DNA of 64,000 bases from Arcobacteraceae bacterium (GTDB lineage: Bacteria; Campylobacterota; Campylobacteria; Campylobacterales; Arcobacteraceae): assembly GCA_965224485.1 (NCBI GenBank), contig CBDCZH010000010.1, forward strand, positions 454,958 through 518,957. Reading direction: 5' to 3'. The first letter of the stretch is position 1; each line of letters starts with the position of its first letter. Positions 32,330 to 42,473 of this stretch are shown piece by piece. The notes beneath the pieces are model-generated. The model was not told where the DNA came from and made no database searches. It saw nothing but the letters and a program-made list of their open reading frames with translations. A program made the translations under genes and the position numbers.

Positions 32330-33463
32330 TTATATTTGACCAAATGGCCAGTTTTCTTTAAATGTATGTAAAGGCATTTTATTTAAAACTTTTAAGGCAA
32401 AGTTTTGATCTTTTGCATTTAGACTTTTTAAAGCATAAGCTCTTAAAATATTTTGTAAAGACTTTCCAAACATAGGTGGATCTAACATCTTTCCCTCATA
32501 TCTTATAGCTCCACTTAATAAAGCATCAGCATCAAGAGCTGCTTCTAAAATAAAAATATCTTTTTGTATTTCTTGAGGACTTGGAGTAAAAGCAACCTTA
32601 CAAATATTAATATGATTTGGAGTAATAACTTGTTTTCCAGTTAATCCCATAGCTGTTTCTCTTTTCGCATGTTCATATACATGACGTGAAGCACTATCTC
32701 CATGTAAGTCTAACCATCTTCTAATGTCTTTTTTCTCTAAACAAGAATCTGGTAAAGAGTTTGGTGTTAAAAGAACTTCAACTCCTCCAATAACTCCTTT
32801 TCCTTGAATTCTAGCTTCCATAGTTAAGATATTAAAAAATGTTTCTAACTCATCAATCCAACCCTCAGGTGTAATTTTATAAGCCATTGCTTTTGAAAAA
32901 TCATGAATACCAAATACTACATGCTGTACTGTTGAGTGAGCCATTAAATCAGCTGCAATTTGTAAAGATTTTGGATGCTCAATTATTGGTTGTATTGTTA
33001 AATTACTTCCAATTGATACTAACCAAGAAGATAAATCTCTAATTTCAGCATCACCATAAACTTCACCAGCTTTTGCAAGAACTAAAACATCAATATATTT
33101 ATGCACTTGTTTAATTAGTTTTAAATCTTCTTCATACTCTTCTGTTCTAAAAGGGTTTATTCTAATAGCAATTTGAAAATCACGTTGCGGAAATTTAGGT
33201 AACTCTTCTAATAAGAGTTTTCTTGACATTTCTTTCATTCTACAGCCATCTTCTAAATCAAATAAAAGTGTGTGTGCTTTAGTTTTGTAAGCATGTTTTT
33301 GAAGTCTTAATTTTGCTTCCTCAATACTCTCATAATTTCCATCAAGAGGGTTGAATTTAATTGGTGGGTAATAAATTTGAATACCTGGCCATAATCCACC
33401 TAGAACTGGAGTCAAATCATCATTTGCTGTTAATTTTGATAAATCTATTATTGAAGAAGTCAT
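32330..33463 (-). CDS. Second stand-alone CitE-like lyase family protein
   Basis: LFDLEDGC, IRINP, IIEHP, FGIHD, GKQVITPNH, GKMLDPP. Confidence 0.8.
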   Translation of the reverse strand: MTSSIIDLSKLTANDDLTPVLGGLWPGIQIYYPPIKFNPLDGNYESIEEAKLRLQKHAYKTKAHTLLFDLEDGCRMKEMSRKLLLEELPKFPQRDFQIAIRINPFRTEEYEEDLKLIKQVHKYIDVLVLAKAGEVYGDAEIRDLSSWLVSIGSNLTIQPIIEHPKSLQIAADLMAHSTVQHVVFGIHDFSKAMAYKITPEGWIDELETFFNILTMEARIQGKGVIGGVEVLLTPNSLPDSCLEKKDIRRWLDLHGDSASRHVYEHAKRETAMGLTGKQVITPNHINICKVAFTPSPQEIQKDIFILEAALDADALLSGAIRYEGKMLDPPMFGKSLQNILRAYALKSLNAKDQNFALKVLNKMPLHTFKENWPFGQI

Positions 33464-33803
33464 AATTTCACCTTTTTAAGTAATTTTAATTTGCTTATTT
33501 TTTTCTTTAAATAAATAAGATAAGGGAATTTAACCATAGAAATATATAAAAAAATTTAAATTTAAAATATAGTTTTAAATTTAAGCTATTTTTTATAAGT
33601 ACTTGAAGAGCCTATAAATAGGGTGTATAGTGAAAAGCTAAAATATTTTTCTCATATAATGAGAAAAATATTTGAAAAATATAATATAATGAAATAAAGA
33701 TTTCAAAATTTATAATAATTTTTTAATCTTTTTTGTGTAATTATAGAAAATAAAGTATAATTTCTATTAAGAAGTACTTTAAAAAAAAAATAAAGAGAAA
33801 CAT

Positions 33804-34535
33804 TTGCAAAGTAAAAATAAGTCATTAACAAGAGGTTTACAAATTTTAAAAGAGATTTTATTCTCAAATAAACCTTTAACTGCTAATGCCTTATGTCAGA
33901 AACTTGATATAGATAAAAGCACAATGTCAAGATTAATTACTTCTTTAATGTCTGAAGGTTTTATAAAATACTTAGGAAACTCAAAAGAGATAATAAAAGC
34001 TGATATTCTTGATATTATGACTTCTAAAGCTTTTTATGAAATTTTAGTAGAGCGAACCCAAGATTTATTAGAAGATATTTTTAATTTAAGTAATGAATGT
34101 ACACACTTAGCTGTTATGCAAAATGATTCTTTATTATATTTAAATCAAGTTGATAATTCTACAAGAGTTATTAAAATGAGAAATACGATTGGTGCTCACG
34201 CTCCTTTACATTGCACAGCTTTAGGAAAAATTATTCTAGCATATAGCTCTTTTGATATAAAAAGTTTAGAGTTAAATGAATATACAAAATATTCTGTAAA
34301 AAAACATATGTATTTAAAAAAAGAGTTAGAAATAATAAGAACTAACTCTTATGCTATTGAAATAGAAGAGTATGAATATGGTTTAAGTTCACTCTCACTT
34401 GCTATTTTCTCAAGCGAAAAAGAGTTCTTAGGTGCTGTTGGGATTTCTGGTTTATCAGCAAGATTAGATAAAAATGCTTTAGAATCTTATGCAAAAGAGA
34501 TTTTAAAACTTAGTTCTAAAAATATAAGAATATAG
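33804..34535 (+). CDS. IclR-family transcriptional regulator
   Basis: SLTRGLQIL, DKSTMSRL, PLHCTALGK, EEYEYG; divergent from the lyase cluster. Confidence 0.9.
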   Translation: MQSKNKSLTRGLQILKEILFSNKPLTANALCQKLDIDKSTMSRLITSLMSEGFIKYLGNSKEIIKADILDIMTSKAFYEILVERTQDLLEDIFNLSNECTHLAVMQNDSLLYLNQVDNSTRVIKMRNTIGAHAPLHCTALGKIILAYSSFDIKSLELNEYTKYSVKKHMYLKKELEIIRTNSYAIEIEEYEYGLSSLSLAIFSSEKEFLGAVGISGLSARLDKNALESYAKEILKLSSKNIRI

Positions 34536-34630
34536 TTATTAAAAATAATCTTTAAGTTTTAAGCTAGAAAAATATTTACTTTAATTATAAGTAAATATAA
34601 ATACAATATAAAAAATTAAAAAGGTTATAA

Positions 34631-34984
34631 ATGAAATTATTACTAGGAACACTTTTATTAGGAACACTCGTTTTTGCAAGTGAAGTATTTGAAAAAGATA
34701 CTGAATATATTTGTTTAAATACATATAATATGGAACAAGGTGCAAAAGTAGATGCAGATCCTAAAAATGCAAAAGACAAACCTTTTATTTTTACAATAAA
34801 AGATGATAAATTAATTACTTCTTCAAAAGTTGAATTTAATTATATGATGCAAAAAGGAAAACTTATTTCTTACTCTAATGATGCATATATGTTATTACTT
34901 CAAGATAATATGAATTTAGGTTTAGTTCCTAAAAAATCAAGAGGAGCAGTTCAGTTTTATTTTAAGTGTGTTAAAAATAAATAG
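34631..34984 (+). CDS. Secreted hypothetical protein
   Basis: Signal peptide, two Cys. Confidence 0.7.
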   Translation: MKLLLGTLLLGTLVFASEVFEKDTEYICLNTYNMEQGAKVDADPKNAKDKPFIFTIKDDKLITSSKVEFNYMMQKGKLISYSNDAYMLLLQDNMNLGLVPKKSRGAVQFYFKCVKNK

Positions 34985-35060
34985 TTTTTCTTAGATACTT
35001 TAATAAAAATGGTAAAAAGAGTAAAAAGAGTTAATACTTCTTTTACTCTTTTTTATTTTT

Positions 35061-36089
35061 TTATAAGCTTTCTTCTTTTTTTATTAAAGCTTTAACACCA
35101 TCGTACATATCTTGAACACATTGTACTTCACTAACACCTAGTCTTCTTTTATTTGATATATCATAAACTCCACCAGTACTTTTTGAATGCTCACCATCTA
35201 TTCCTCTTATTTGTAAGAAATATTCATCTGTAATACTTTTAAAAGTTTCCATATCTTGTGCTAATTTTGGAAGTTTAATATGAACACTAGCTCTAAGAGC
35301 TGTTCCTAAGTTTGTAGGGCAAGAAGTTATATAACCTAGATGTTTTGAAAAAGAAAATTTCATCTGTTTTTCTAAGTGCGTAATCGCATTTGTAAGTCTT
35401 GTAAAAACTTCTTTTATATCTCCACCTTGTTGCATAGAAATAATTCTTAGCTGATCTTCTTCATTTACCCAAACTAAAAAAGTTTTTTCATCATTATGAA
35501 AAATACCACGATTTTTAGGCCAAGATTTGTTTAGTCCCGCTTCTTTTAAAAACCTATCACCTTCTTTAAATAAGAAGTGGTCTTTTATTAAAGAGTCTCT
35601 ATCTTCTTGTTTTAAATTATCTAAGGGATAATATTTACCCTTTAGTGCACCTTCAAGTGAGTTTAAAGAACTTGAAACTATTTTTTCAACTTCTTTTCTT
35701 TGTTCATTACTTAAAGCAGGGCCTAAAGGAAGGTTATCTAAGTTTCTTCCTACTCTAATTCTCGTTGAAAGTATATATTTATTTTCAAGTTCCATCTTAG
35801 GAGCTTTTAAATCATTTATATTCATATTGCTTTGATGTAAATCTTCTTTTTTAAAACCATGATATTCTTCAATTATTGGATCAAAAAGTTCTTTAAAAGT
35901 TTCATATGATTCTTTATCACCTGCATAAACACCAATTCCACTATCAGGATTTTTAAGGCCTGAATTAATTGCTAAAGCTAAAGTAAAAGAATTTTTAGTT
36001 TTTTTACTTTTAAGTTTTTCAAAAACATCTTTAGTAAGATGTTTTGACATCAAAGATTTATACTCTTGTGTAAATATTGGATAGTTCAT
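35061..36089 (-). CDS. Phosphagen (arginine) kinase with full N-terminal domain
   Basis: SGIGVYAGD, FDPIIEEYH, STRIRVGRN, WVNEEDQLR, CPTNLGT, DISNKRRLG. Confidence 0.93.
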   Translation of the reverse strand: MNYPIFTQEYKSLMSKHLTKDVFEKLKSKKTKNSFTLALAINSGLKNPDSGIGVYAGDKESYETFKELFDPIIEEYHGFKKEDLHQSNMNINDLKAPKMELENKYILSTRIRVGRNLDNLPLGPALSNEQRKEVEKIVSSSLNSLEGALKGKYYPLDNLKQEDRDSLIKDHFLFKEGDRFLKEAGLNKSWPKNRGIFHNDEKTFLVWVNEEDQLRIISMQQGGDIKEVFTRLTNAITHLEKQMKFSFSKHLGYITSCPTNLGTALRASVHIKLPKLAQDMETFKSITDEYFLQIRGIDGEHSKSTGGVYDISNKRRLGVSEVQCVQDMYDGVKALIKKEESL

Positions 36090-36144
36090 CTTTTAACCCT
36101 TTTTTTAATATTAAATTATTATATCTTTTTAAGGGTTAAAATTT

Positions 36145-37314
36145 TTATATACTTGAGATTTTTAGTAGTTTAGTTTTTCCAACCATTAACTCAACTGTCA
36201 TTTTCATTCTTTTAAAAACACTTTCTTGTCTATATTCTAAATTATGTTTTGCACACAGTTCTTTTATTAAAGGTTGAATTTTTTGATATTGAGATAAAGG
36301 AAGATTTGGAAATATATGATGTTCAATTTGATAATTTAACCAGCCATGTGAAAAATCAACTATATTTGTACCTGTTTTATAATTAACACTTCCCATAATT
36401 TGTCTTAGGTAAAATTCACCTTGTGATTTATGTGGAGTATCAAATCTATAAATATCTCCTGCTGAATGATTTGGAACAATTACTAAAAATGAGTGAAGAT
36501 TTGCTATATATTCAGCTATTAGGGTAATTATAAAAGCATTAAAAACAGCTTCTAATCCTAAAGGAATAAATAAAAGGGGAATGAGTATAAAACGAATAGA
36601 AAAATATGGTAGGATATATTCTTTCCATAAAGTAGTACCCGTTCCTTTAAAAGGACTCCACTCATATGATGTTAGTTCTTCTAGTTTTAGTTTTCTTCTT
36701 TTTTTGTTTTCTAAAATTTTAAGAGTATTTGGTGCATAATAAGAAAATTTCCATGTTCCTGCAAAAACATAAACAAAAAGATATTTAGCCCACATTGGAG
36801 TTGATGAGTTTATTAACCACTGAAGATTATTTTCAACATTATCTGGATCCTCATCTTCACCTAAGTGATAATGATGCATAATATTATGCTCATAAGACCA
36901 AGCTTCTGGTTTAATCCAATCTAACCAATCAATATATCTTCTACCATGTTTAGCAAAACCAGCTTTAGTATATTTTTTTGGAATATTAGGAACTTTATCA
37001 TAAGCTCCATGTAAAATAGGGTGAGCTACATTTGCCCATCTTGATACATTTCCTACACCTAAGAGAACAGCTGCAACTAAAGCACAGGCCCAAAAAAGAA
37101 AACTTCCTAAAGCATAAGATGTAATTTCAAGAAATGAAAGAACAAAAATTAAGAAATACCCTGAAAAAGTTGAGGCTCTTCCCCAATTTTGTAATTTTAA
37201 TAAATGTAAAAAATCTTCTTGATTTACTGCTCCAATTGATTTTTTAACCGCTTCTATATCTTTTTGAAGTTGAACCTTGTCAATATCTTCATATTTTGCA
37301 TAAACTTTTACCAA
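36145..37314 (-). CDS. Membrane fatty acid (acyl-CoA) desaturase
   Basis: His boxes HPILH, HNIMHH, QIEHH. Confidence 0.88.
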   Translation of the reverse strand: MVKVYAKYEDIDKVQLQKDIEAVKKSIGAVNQEDFLHLLKLQNWGRASTFSGYFLIFVLSFLEITSYALGSFLFWACALVAAVLLGVGNVSRWANVAHPILHGAYDKVPNIPKKYTKAGFAKHGRRYIDWLDWIKPEAWSYEHNIMHHYHLGEDEDPDNVENNLQWLINSSTPMWAKYLFVYVFAGTWKFSYYAPNTLKILENKKRRKLKLEELTSYEWSPFKGTGTTLWKEYILPYFSIRFILIPLLFIPLGLEAVFNAFIITLIAEYIANLHSFLVIVPNHSAGDIYRFDTPHKSQGEFYLRQIMGSVNYKTGTNIVDFSHGWLNYQIEHHIFPNLPLSQYQKIQPLIKELCAKHNLEYRQESVFKRMKMTVELMVGKTKLLKISSI

Positions 37315-37427
37315 AAACTTTCCTTAAAAAAAATAATTACGCATTGTATAAGAATATACTTTAATATTTATATAAAATATGCTACATTATTCAAAGATAT
37401 ATAAAAAAAACCCAAAAAAGAGTAAAT

Positions 37428-38369
37428 ATGCAGTTTTCTTCATTAAAAATATTGATTCTTGGTTTATTAGCTGCTTTATTTTTTTCTTTTACTTTTATTT
37501 TTAATAGAATAATTGCCTTAGAAAATGGACATTGGTTTTTTTCTGCATTTTTAAGATATTTTTTTACAATTTTATTTATTTCTTTGTTACTTATTTCTTT
37601 TAAAGGATTTTTTTATTATAAAAAAGTATTAAAAGAATTTGTTTCTAATAGTTTTTTTTGGTTAAGCGCGGGAAGTATTGGTTTTGGTATATTTTATTCT
37701 CTTATTTGTTTTGCTGCTTTTTATTCTCCTGCTTGGATAATAGCTACTTCTTGGCAAATAACAATAATAGCTTCTTTAATAATTTTATTTTTCTTTGGCA
37801 AGAATCTATCTCTTCTTACTTGGGTTTTAACTCTTATAGTTTTTATAGGAATTTCTATAGTTAATATAAGTCATTTTGATCTCTTAGATACAAAAGCTTT
37901 ATTATATGGATTCGTGCCTGTTCTTATAGCTGCATTTGCCTTTCCTTTAGGCAATCAATTAGTTTGGGAAGAAAAAGCTAAAAGAAAAGCTTTAAAACTT
38001 GATTGTGAGGTATTAAATAATGCTTTTGCAAAAGTATTATTATTATGTTTAGGAAGTACTCCTTTATGGATTATTTTGTATTTATTTTTAGATGTAGGGA
38101 AACCTTCTTCTTCTCAAATAATTAATGTTGCTTATATTTCAATATTCTCAGGAGTAATAGCAAGTTCACTATTTTTATATGCAAGAAGTAAAGCTTCTAG
38201 TGCAAAAAATATTATTCTAGTTGATGCTACTCAAGCAGGAGAGGTTTTTTTCTCTTTAGGGGCTGAAGTGATCTTTCTATCTGCTTTATTGCCATCATTA
38301 TTTGGTTTTTTAGGAATTTGCATAACTTTATTAGCTTTGTTTGCTCTTACTTTTTTCTCTAAGAAATAA
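37428..38369 (+). CDS. DMT-superfamily membrane transporter
   Basis: ~10 TM; FFSFTFIFNR, FPLGN and DATQAGEV motifs. Confidence 0.8.
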   Translation: MQFSSLKILILGLLAALFFSFTFIFNRIIALENGHWFFSAFLRYFFTILFISLLLISFKGFFYYKKVLKEFVSNSFFWLSAGSIGFGIFYSLICFAAFYSPAWIIATSWQITIIASLIILFFFGKNLSLLTWVLTLIVFIGISIVNISHFDLLDTKALLYGFVPVLIAAFAFPLGNQLVWEEKAKRKALKLDCEVLNNAFAKVLLLCLGSTPLWIILYLFLDVGKPSSSQIINVAYISIFSGVIASSLFLYARSKASSAKNIILVDATQAGEVFFSLGAEVIFLSALLPSLFGFLGICITLLALFALTFFSKK

Positions 38370-38435
38370 TATTAAAGTTTCTTAAGCTGAAACTTTAATA
38401 TTTTACTTATTTACTGCTTTTTCTTATTCTTTAGT

Positions 38436-38918
38436 TTATTTATGAGAGATATTTTTTTGCTCTAAAGTTCCATCTTGTTTTAAAACATGGGCTGCTCCAA
38501 AACCTAGAACTAAAGATTTGTCTTTTGCTTGAAGTTTTATAATTTCAAAATCTTTCATTGTTCTTAAAAAAGATAAGCTATCTTTATATCTTAAATCAAA
38601 AAGTTTAAAAATATCTTCTTTATTCTGTACTTTTTCACAAGTTGCTAAAAAATATAGTCTTTGCCTTGCATAAATATTAAAAGCTTTTGATTCTTCTTGG
38701 ATAATTAAAATATGAGCTTTTTCTTGTTTTATCATGTTTTTATAATGAGGCATCATTGAACTAACACAGATATAATAAAAACCTTTGTCTTCAACAAAAG
38801 GAGAGTAGTTGGTTAACGGTTCATTATTCTCATTGCTTGTTGAAACTACTAATGAAAACTTATCTTGGGTGAAATTTTCAAATTCTTCTAATATTTCTTG
38901 ATCTGTAAGTTTTTTCAT
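38436..38918 (-). CDS. HugZ/HutZ-like pyridoxamine 5'-phosphate oxidase-fold protein
   Basis: NYSPFV, HYKN, YARQRL, LVLGFGAA. Confidence 0.8.
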   Translation of the reverse strand: MKKLTDQEILEEFENFTQDKFSLVVSTSNENNEPLTNYSPFVEDKGFYYICVSSMMPHYKNMIKQEKAHILIIQEESKAFNIYARQRLYFLATCEKVQNKEDIFKLFDLRYKDSLSFLRTMKDFEIIKLQAKDKSLVLGFGAAHVLKQDGTLEQKNISHK

Positions 38919-39039
38919 ATAAATCCTATTTTTTACTTATTATATAAAGAAAAAATTAAATTTATGTAAAATTTTAAAGCTATTATTTTTTTTTACTTAT
39001 TAATGATATAATTTCTTTTTTAAAAAAGGATATTTATTT

Positions 39040-40026
39040 ATGAAAAAAATAGGTTTTATTATTTTAAGTGTATTTCTTTTTTGCTCATTTTCAAAAGCAA
39101 ATGTAAAAGATTTTACAAAAAAACAAGAAGTTAAAGAGTTCATAAAAGAACTTGTAAAAGAGCAGGGGCACTCTAAAGAAGAGTTAACAAAACTATTTTC
39201 GAAAGTAAAAATTCAAAAAGATTCTTTGTGGTTTTATACTAAAAAAAATAAAGGTGATTATAAAACATATTATTGGGAAAACTATAATAAACCTTTTTTA
39301 TCTGAAAAAAAAATAAATAATGGTGTTAAGTTCTTAAAAAAATATAATAAAGCACTTCATAAGGCTTATAAAGAGTATGGAATTCCAGGTGAATATATTG
39401 TTGCTATTATTGGAATTGAGAGTAATTATGGTGGTTTTATGGGGAAACATCCTGTTTTTGATACCTTAAGTACTTTGGCTTTTGAAAAAAACAGAAGAAA
39501 TTCTTTTTTTAAAAAAGAGTTAAAAGCATATTTCAAAATGACAAAAAGAGAAAAAGTTCCTGTAAAACTTTTAAAAGGTTCTTTTGCAGGAGCAATAGGG
39601 TACTCACAATTCATGCCAAGTAATTTTAAAAGAGTTGCTGTTGATTTTGATGATGATGGGCAAGTTCGAATGGATAAAGCTATTGATGCTATAGGAAGTG
39701 TTGCTAATTATTTTAAAATGTCTGGTTGGAAAAAAGGTGTTCCTGTTGCAACAAGAGTTTCATATAAGGGTATTAGATATAATAACTTAAAAACTGGATA
39801 TAAAACTAAATATAATAGAAATGATTTAAAAGGTATAAAACCTAAAAAAAGATTTAATTATAATAAAAAAGTATCTTTGATAAAACTAAAAAAACAAAAA
39901 TATGATGAGCTTTGGTATGGAAGTGAAAACTTCAGAGTAATTACAACATATAATCATAGCTCATATTATGCTATGAGTATTCATCTTTTAGCTAAAAAGA
40001 TAAAAGAGTTAGCTAATAAATCTTAA
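39040..40026 (+). CDS. mltB: Lytic murein transglycosylase B
   Basis: IIGIESNYG, GSFAGAIGYSQFMPS, AVDFDDDG, YNHSSYYA. Confidence 0.9.
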   Translation: MKKIGFIILSVFLFCSFSKANVKDFTKKQEVKEFIKELVKEQGHSKEELTKLFSKVKIQKDSLWFYTKKNKGDYKTYYWENYNKPFLSEKKINNGVKFLKKYNKALHKAYKEYGIPGEYIVAIIGIESNYGGFMGKHPVFDTLSTLAFEKNRRNSFFKKELKAYFKMTKREKVPVKLLKGSFAGAIGYSQFMPSNFKRVAVDFDDDGQVRMDKAIDAIGSVANYFKMSGWKKGVPVATRVSYKGIRYNNLKTGYKTKYNRNDLKGIKPKKRFNYNKKVSLIKLKKQKYDELWYGSENFRVITTYNHSSYYAMSIHLLAKKIKELANKS

Positions 40027-40050
40027 GAACTAGCAAAAGCTAGTTCTTAA
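40023..40050. terminator. Bidirectional terminator
   Basis: ttaagaactagc-aaaa-gctagttcttaa. Confidence 0.75.
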
Positions 40051-40245
40051 AATCATTATTTTCTAAGTTACCTTCAATAATTGAGGGGTCACTTTGATCT
40101 AGAGTTTCACCTTGCGTTATACCAACATTATTCTTGTCAATATTATTAGGTCTTTCATTATTTGCCATATTTTCAGCATTTGTTGAACATGCAGTAAAAA
40201 TAAGCCCAAAATTGAAGCCATAATCACTAGTTTAAATCTTTTCAT
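40040..40245 (-). CDS. Small lipoprotein missing from the ORF track (1-nt indel in an A-run at ~40198)
   Basis: MKRFKLVIMASILGLF(F)TAC|STNAENMANNERPNN...; AAGG RBS; 3' end uncertain. Confidence 0.55.
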
Positions 40246-40317
40246 CTTTTTTCCTTTAGTTTAATTAAATAATATTATTATATTAAACATTACATAAAAA
40301 AAGTATAAAAAGAATTC

Positions 40318-41340
40318 TTATTGGTAATTAATATAAACAGGCATAGCGTTTAATTTAATTTTACTCTTACCAAAAGTTTCTAAACCTAAGACTTGTTTTG
40401 GGTTTAACAAGGGTTTTTGATCATTCACATAAAAAAGTTTAAACCCACTTGTTGCTACTTTTTTACTTTTCTTATTGTACAAAGAATTAAAAATCTTAAT
40501 CTTAGAAGCTTTCGCTCCATGACCATCTACGTTATAAACTAACTCAACATGTTCATAATTTTTTATAACTTCTCTTTTTCTTAGCATTTTTTTATGAAAC
40601 ATATGAATAAAAAGTTTTCTTTTACCTTTTATATCATTCTGTATTAAATAATCGTTCATAGCTTCTTGAACTTCATTTACATCTTTACCAAAAATATGAC
40701 CTAAAAATTTACCTGGTGGGTATCTTTTGTGAGAAGGAATTTTAAACTCAGGATCTATTGCTAAATGAACATTAGGATATTTTAAAAACTTTAAAACACT
40801 TTTTATAGCATTTAGAGGTGTAAGTGCTCCTAATTGTAAGTCAATAATAACAGCAAAATTCTCTTTTTTTGCAGCTTCTAAATATTCTATAAGAATTGAT
40901 TCTTTTAAAGGTTTAATATAATCTCCATCTCTTCCTGCTTCTTTGGTTGCTAAATGAAAAATAATATGAAAAGTTTCTTGTGCTTTAATATTTGAAGAAA
41001 TATCATTATATGGTTTTGTTACTTTTTTTAGTCTTGTGATTAATCCAGGAATGTCTGTATGTCCTAATACTCCTAAAGCCTTAGAATAAGGTCTTCCATA
41101 ATAACCTATTAAAACCTTATGTTCTTTTATAACTTCGCTAGTAACTTCTTTAACTGGAACAACTTTACTAACACTACTAACTTCCTTAAGTTTAACGACT
41201 GTACTAACTTTATCAACATCACTAATTTCTTTAACTATACTAACTTCATCAACACTACTAACTGTACTAACGTTAGAAACTTCCTTAGCAAAAGAGTTAA
41301 ATGTAAATGTTAATAAAATAAGCAAAAATGCTTTTTTCAT
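40318..41340 (-). CDS. Secreted protein with Val/Ser-rich repeats and a conserved catalytic-like domain
   Basis: Signal peptide; (E/K)VSxV repeats; YYGRP..LGVLG, IDLQLG, HLAIDPE, VDGHG, GFKLFY. Confidence 0.7.
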   Translation of the reverse strand: MKKAFLLILLTFTFNSFAKEVSNVSTVSSVDEVSIVKEISDVDKVSTVVKLKEVSSVSKVVPVKEVTSEVIKEHKVLIGYYGRPYSKALGVLGHTDIPGLITRLKKVTKPYNDISSNIKAQETFHIIFHLATKEAGRDGDYIKPLKESILIEYLEAAKKENFAVIIDLQLGALTPLNAIKSVLKFLKYPNVHLAIDPEFKIPSHKRYPPGKFLGHIFGKDVNEVQEAMNDYLIQNDIKGKRKLFIHMFHKKMLRKREVIKNYEHVELVYNVDGHGAKASKIKIFNSLYNKKSKKVATSGFKLFYVNDQKPLLNPKQVLGLETFGKSKIKLNAMPVYINYQ

Positions 41341-41457
41341 GGACTGTGCCTTCTTCTTTAAAATGTTTATAAATATATAGAATTTTAGCAAATAAAATGA
41401 AATTTAATATTAAAAATATATAAATATTCACTATAATATCAAAAAAGAATTTAATAG

Positions 41458-42399
41458 ATGAAAAAATTTACAAATGAAACATTATTAGAAATTATTACAT
41501 ATTTAAAAATAGAATTAAAAAATCTTAAATCTTATGAAATTATAGAGTTTGAAGTTCTAAATCCTGATATAAGTGATGACTTATATGCAGGGGCTTTATA
41601 TGAGGTAAATGAAATACAATATATGTATAGATCATATAAATCTTGGGTAGATTTGGCTGAGCTTTTATCTTGTAAAATCTTAAGCCCAAAAAGTAGTTCA
41701 GAGCATCTTATTTGTATGTGTTTTAAAAAATTAAACCAAGAAGACTCTTTTCATAAGAGCATGCTACAAAAAGAAGAAAAGTATGGTCTTGAATCTCCTT
41801 TTTTCGATATAAATAAGAATGAAGAACCAGCTTTTTTATGGGCTTATATGGATGCTTTAAATACTGTTAATATTAAAAAATCTAAAATAGTCTTGAACTT
41901 AGGTATTAATAAAGCAGATGAATTTGATTTAATAAAAAAACTCTTAAGTAAAGAAGAATTTTTACAAAAAGAGTTTTATGGAGTTGATTTCTCTTCTTCT
42001 GCTATAAGTTTAGCAAAACAGAAGTTTCCTTCATCAAATTGTCATTTTTTTATTGAAGATTTAAATAATATAGAAAAACTATCTTTACCAAAAGCAGATT
42101 TATTAATAAGTATAGGAACCCTTCAAAGTTCATCTTTGAATTTTAAACCATATTTTACCTCCTTAGTACAAAACTACTTAGAAAAAGGGGCTTCAATTAT
42201 TTTAGGGTTTCCAAATACAAGATGGATAAATAAAGAGATGATTTATGGGGCTAAAGTAAAGAACTATAGTGATTCGGAATTATCTTTATTATTTAAAGAT
42301 GTTTACTTTTGTAAAAAATACCTTCAGCAAAAGAAATATAGGGTTAAAATAACTGGTAAAAACTATATTTTTTTATCAGCATATAGTATAAAAAATTAA
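41458..42399 (+). CDS. Class I SAM-dependent methyltransferase
   Basis: VLNLGIN, GVDFSSSAI, DLLISIGTL. Confidence 0.75.
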   Translation: MKKFTNETLLEIITYLKIELKNLKSYEIIEFEVLNPDISDDLYAGALYEVNEIQYMYRSYKSWVDLAELLSCKILSPKSSSEHLICMCFKKLNQEDSFHKSMLQKEEKYGLESPFFDINKNEEPAFLWAYMDALNTVNIKKSKIVLNLGINKADEFDLIKKLLSKEEFLQKEFYGVDFSSSAISLAKQKFPSSNCHFFIEDLNNIEKLSLPKADLLISIGTLQSSSLNFKPYFTSLVQNYLEKGASIILGFPNTRWINKEMIYGAKVKNYSDSELSLLFKDVYFCKKYLQQKKYRVKITGKNYIFLSAYSIKN

Positions 42400-42473
42400 G
42401 CTTGTAATTCTTAAAGTGTTAAGATTAGGTTAATTAAAAATCGCTAAAATTAGAAAAAATATTTAGGAAGATT

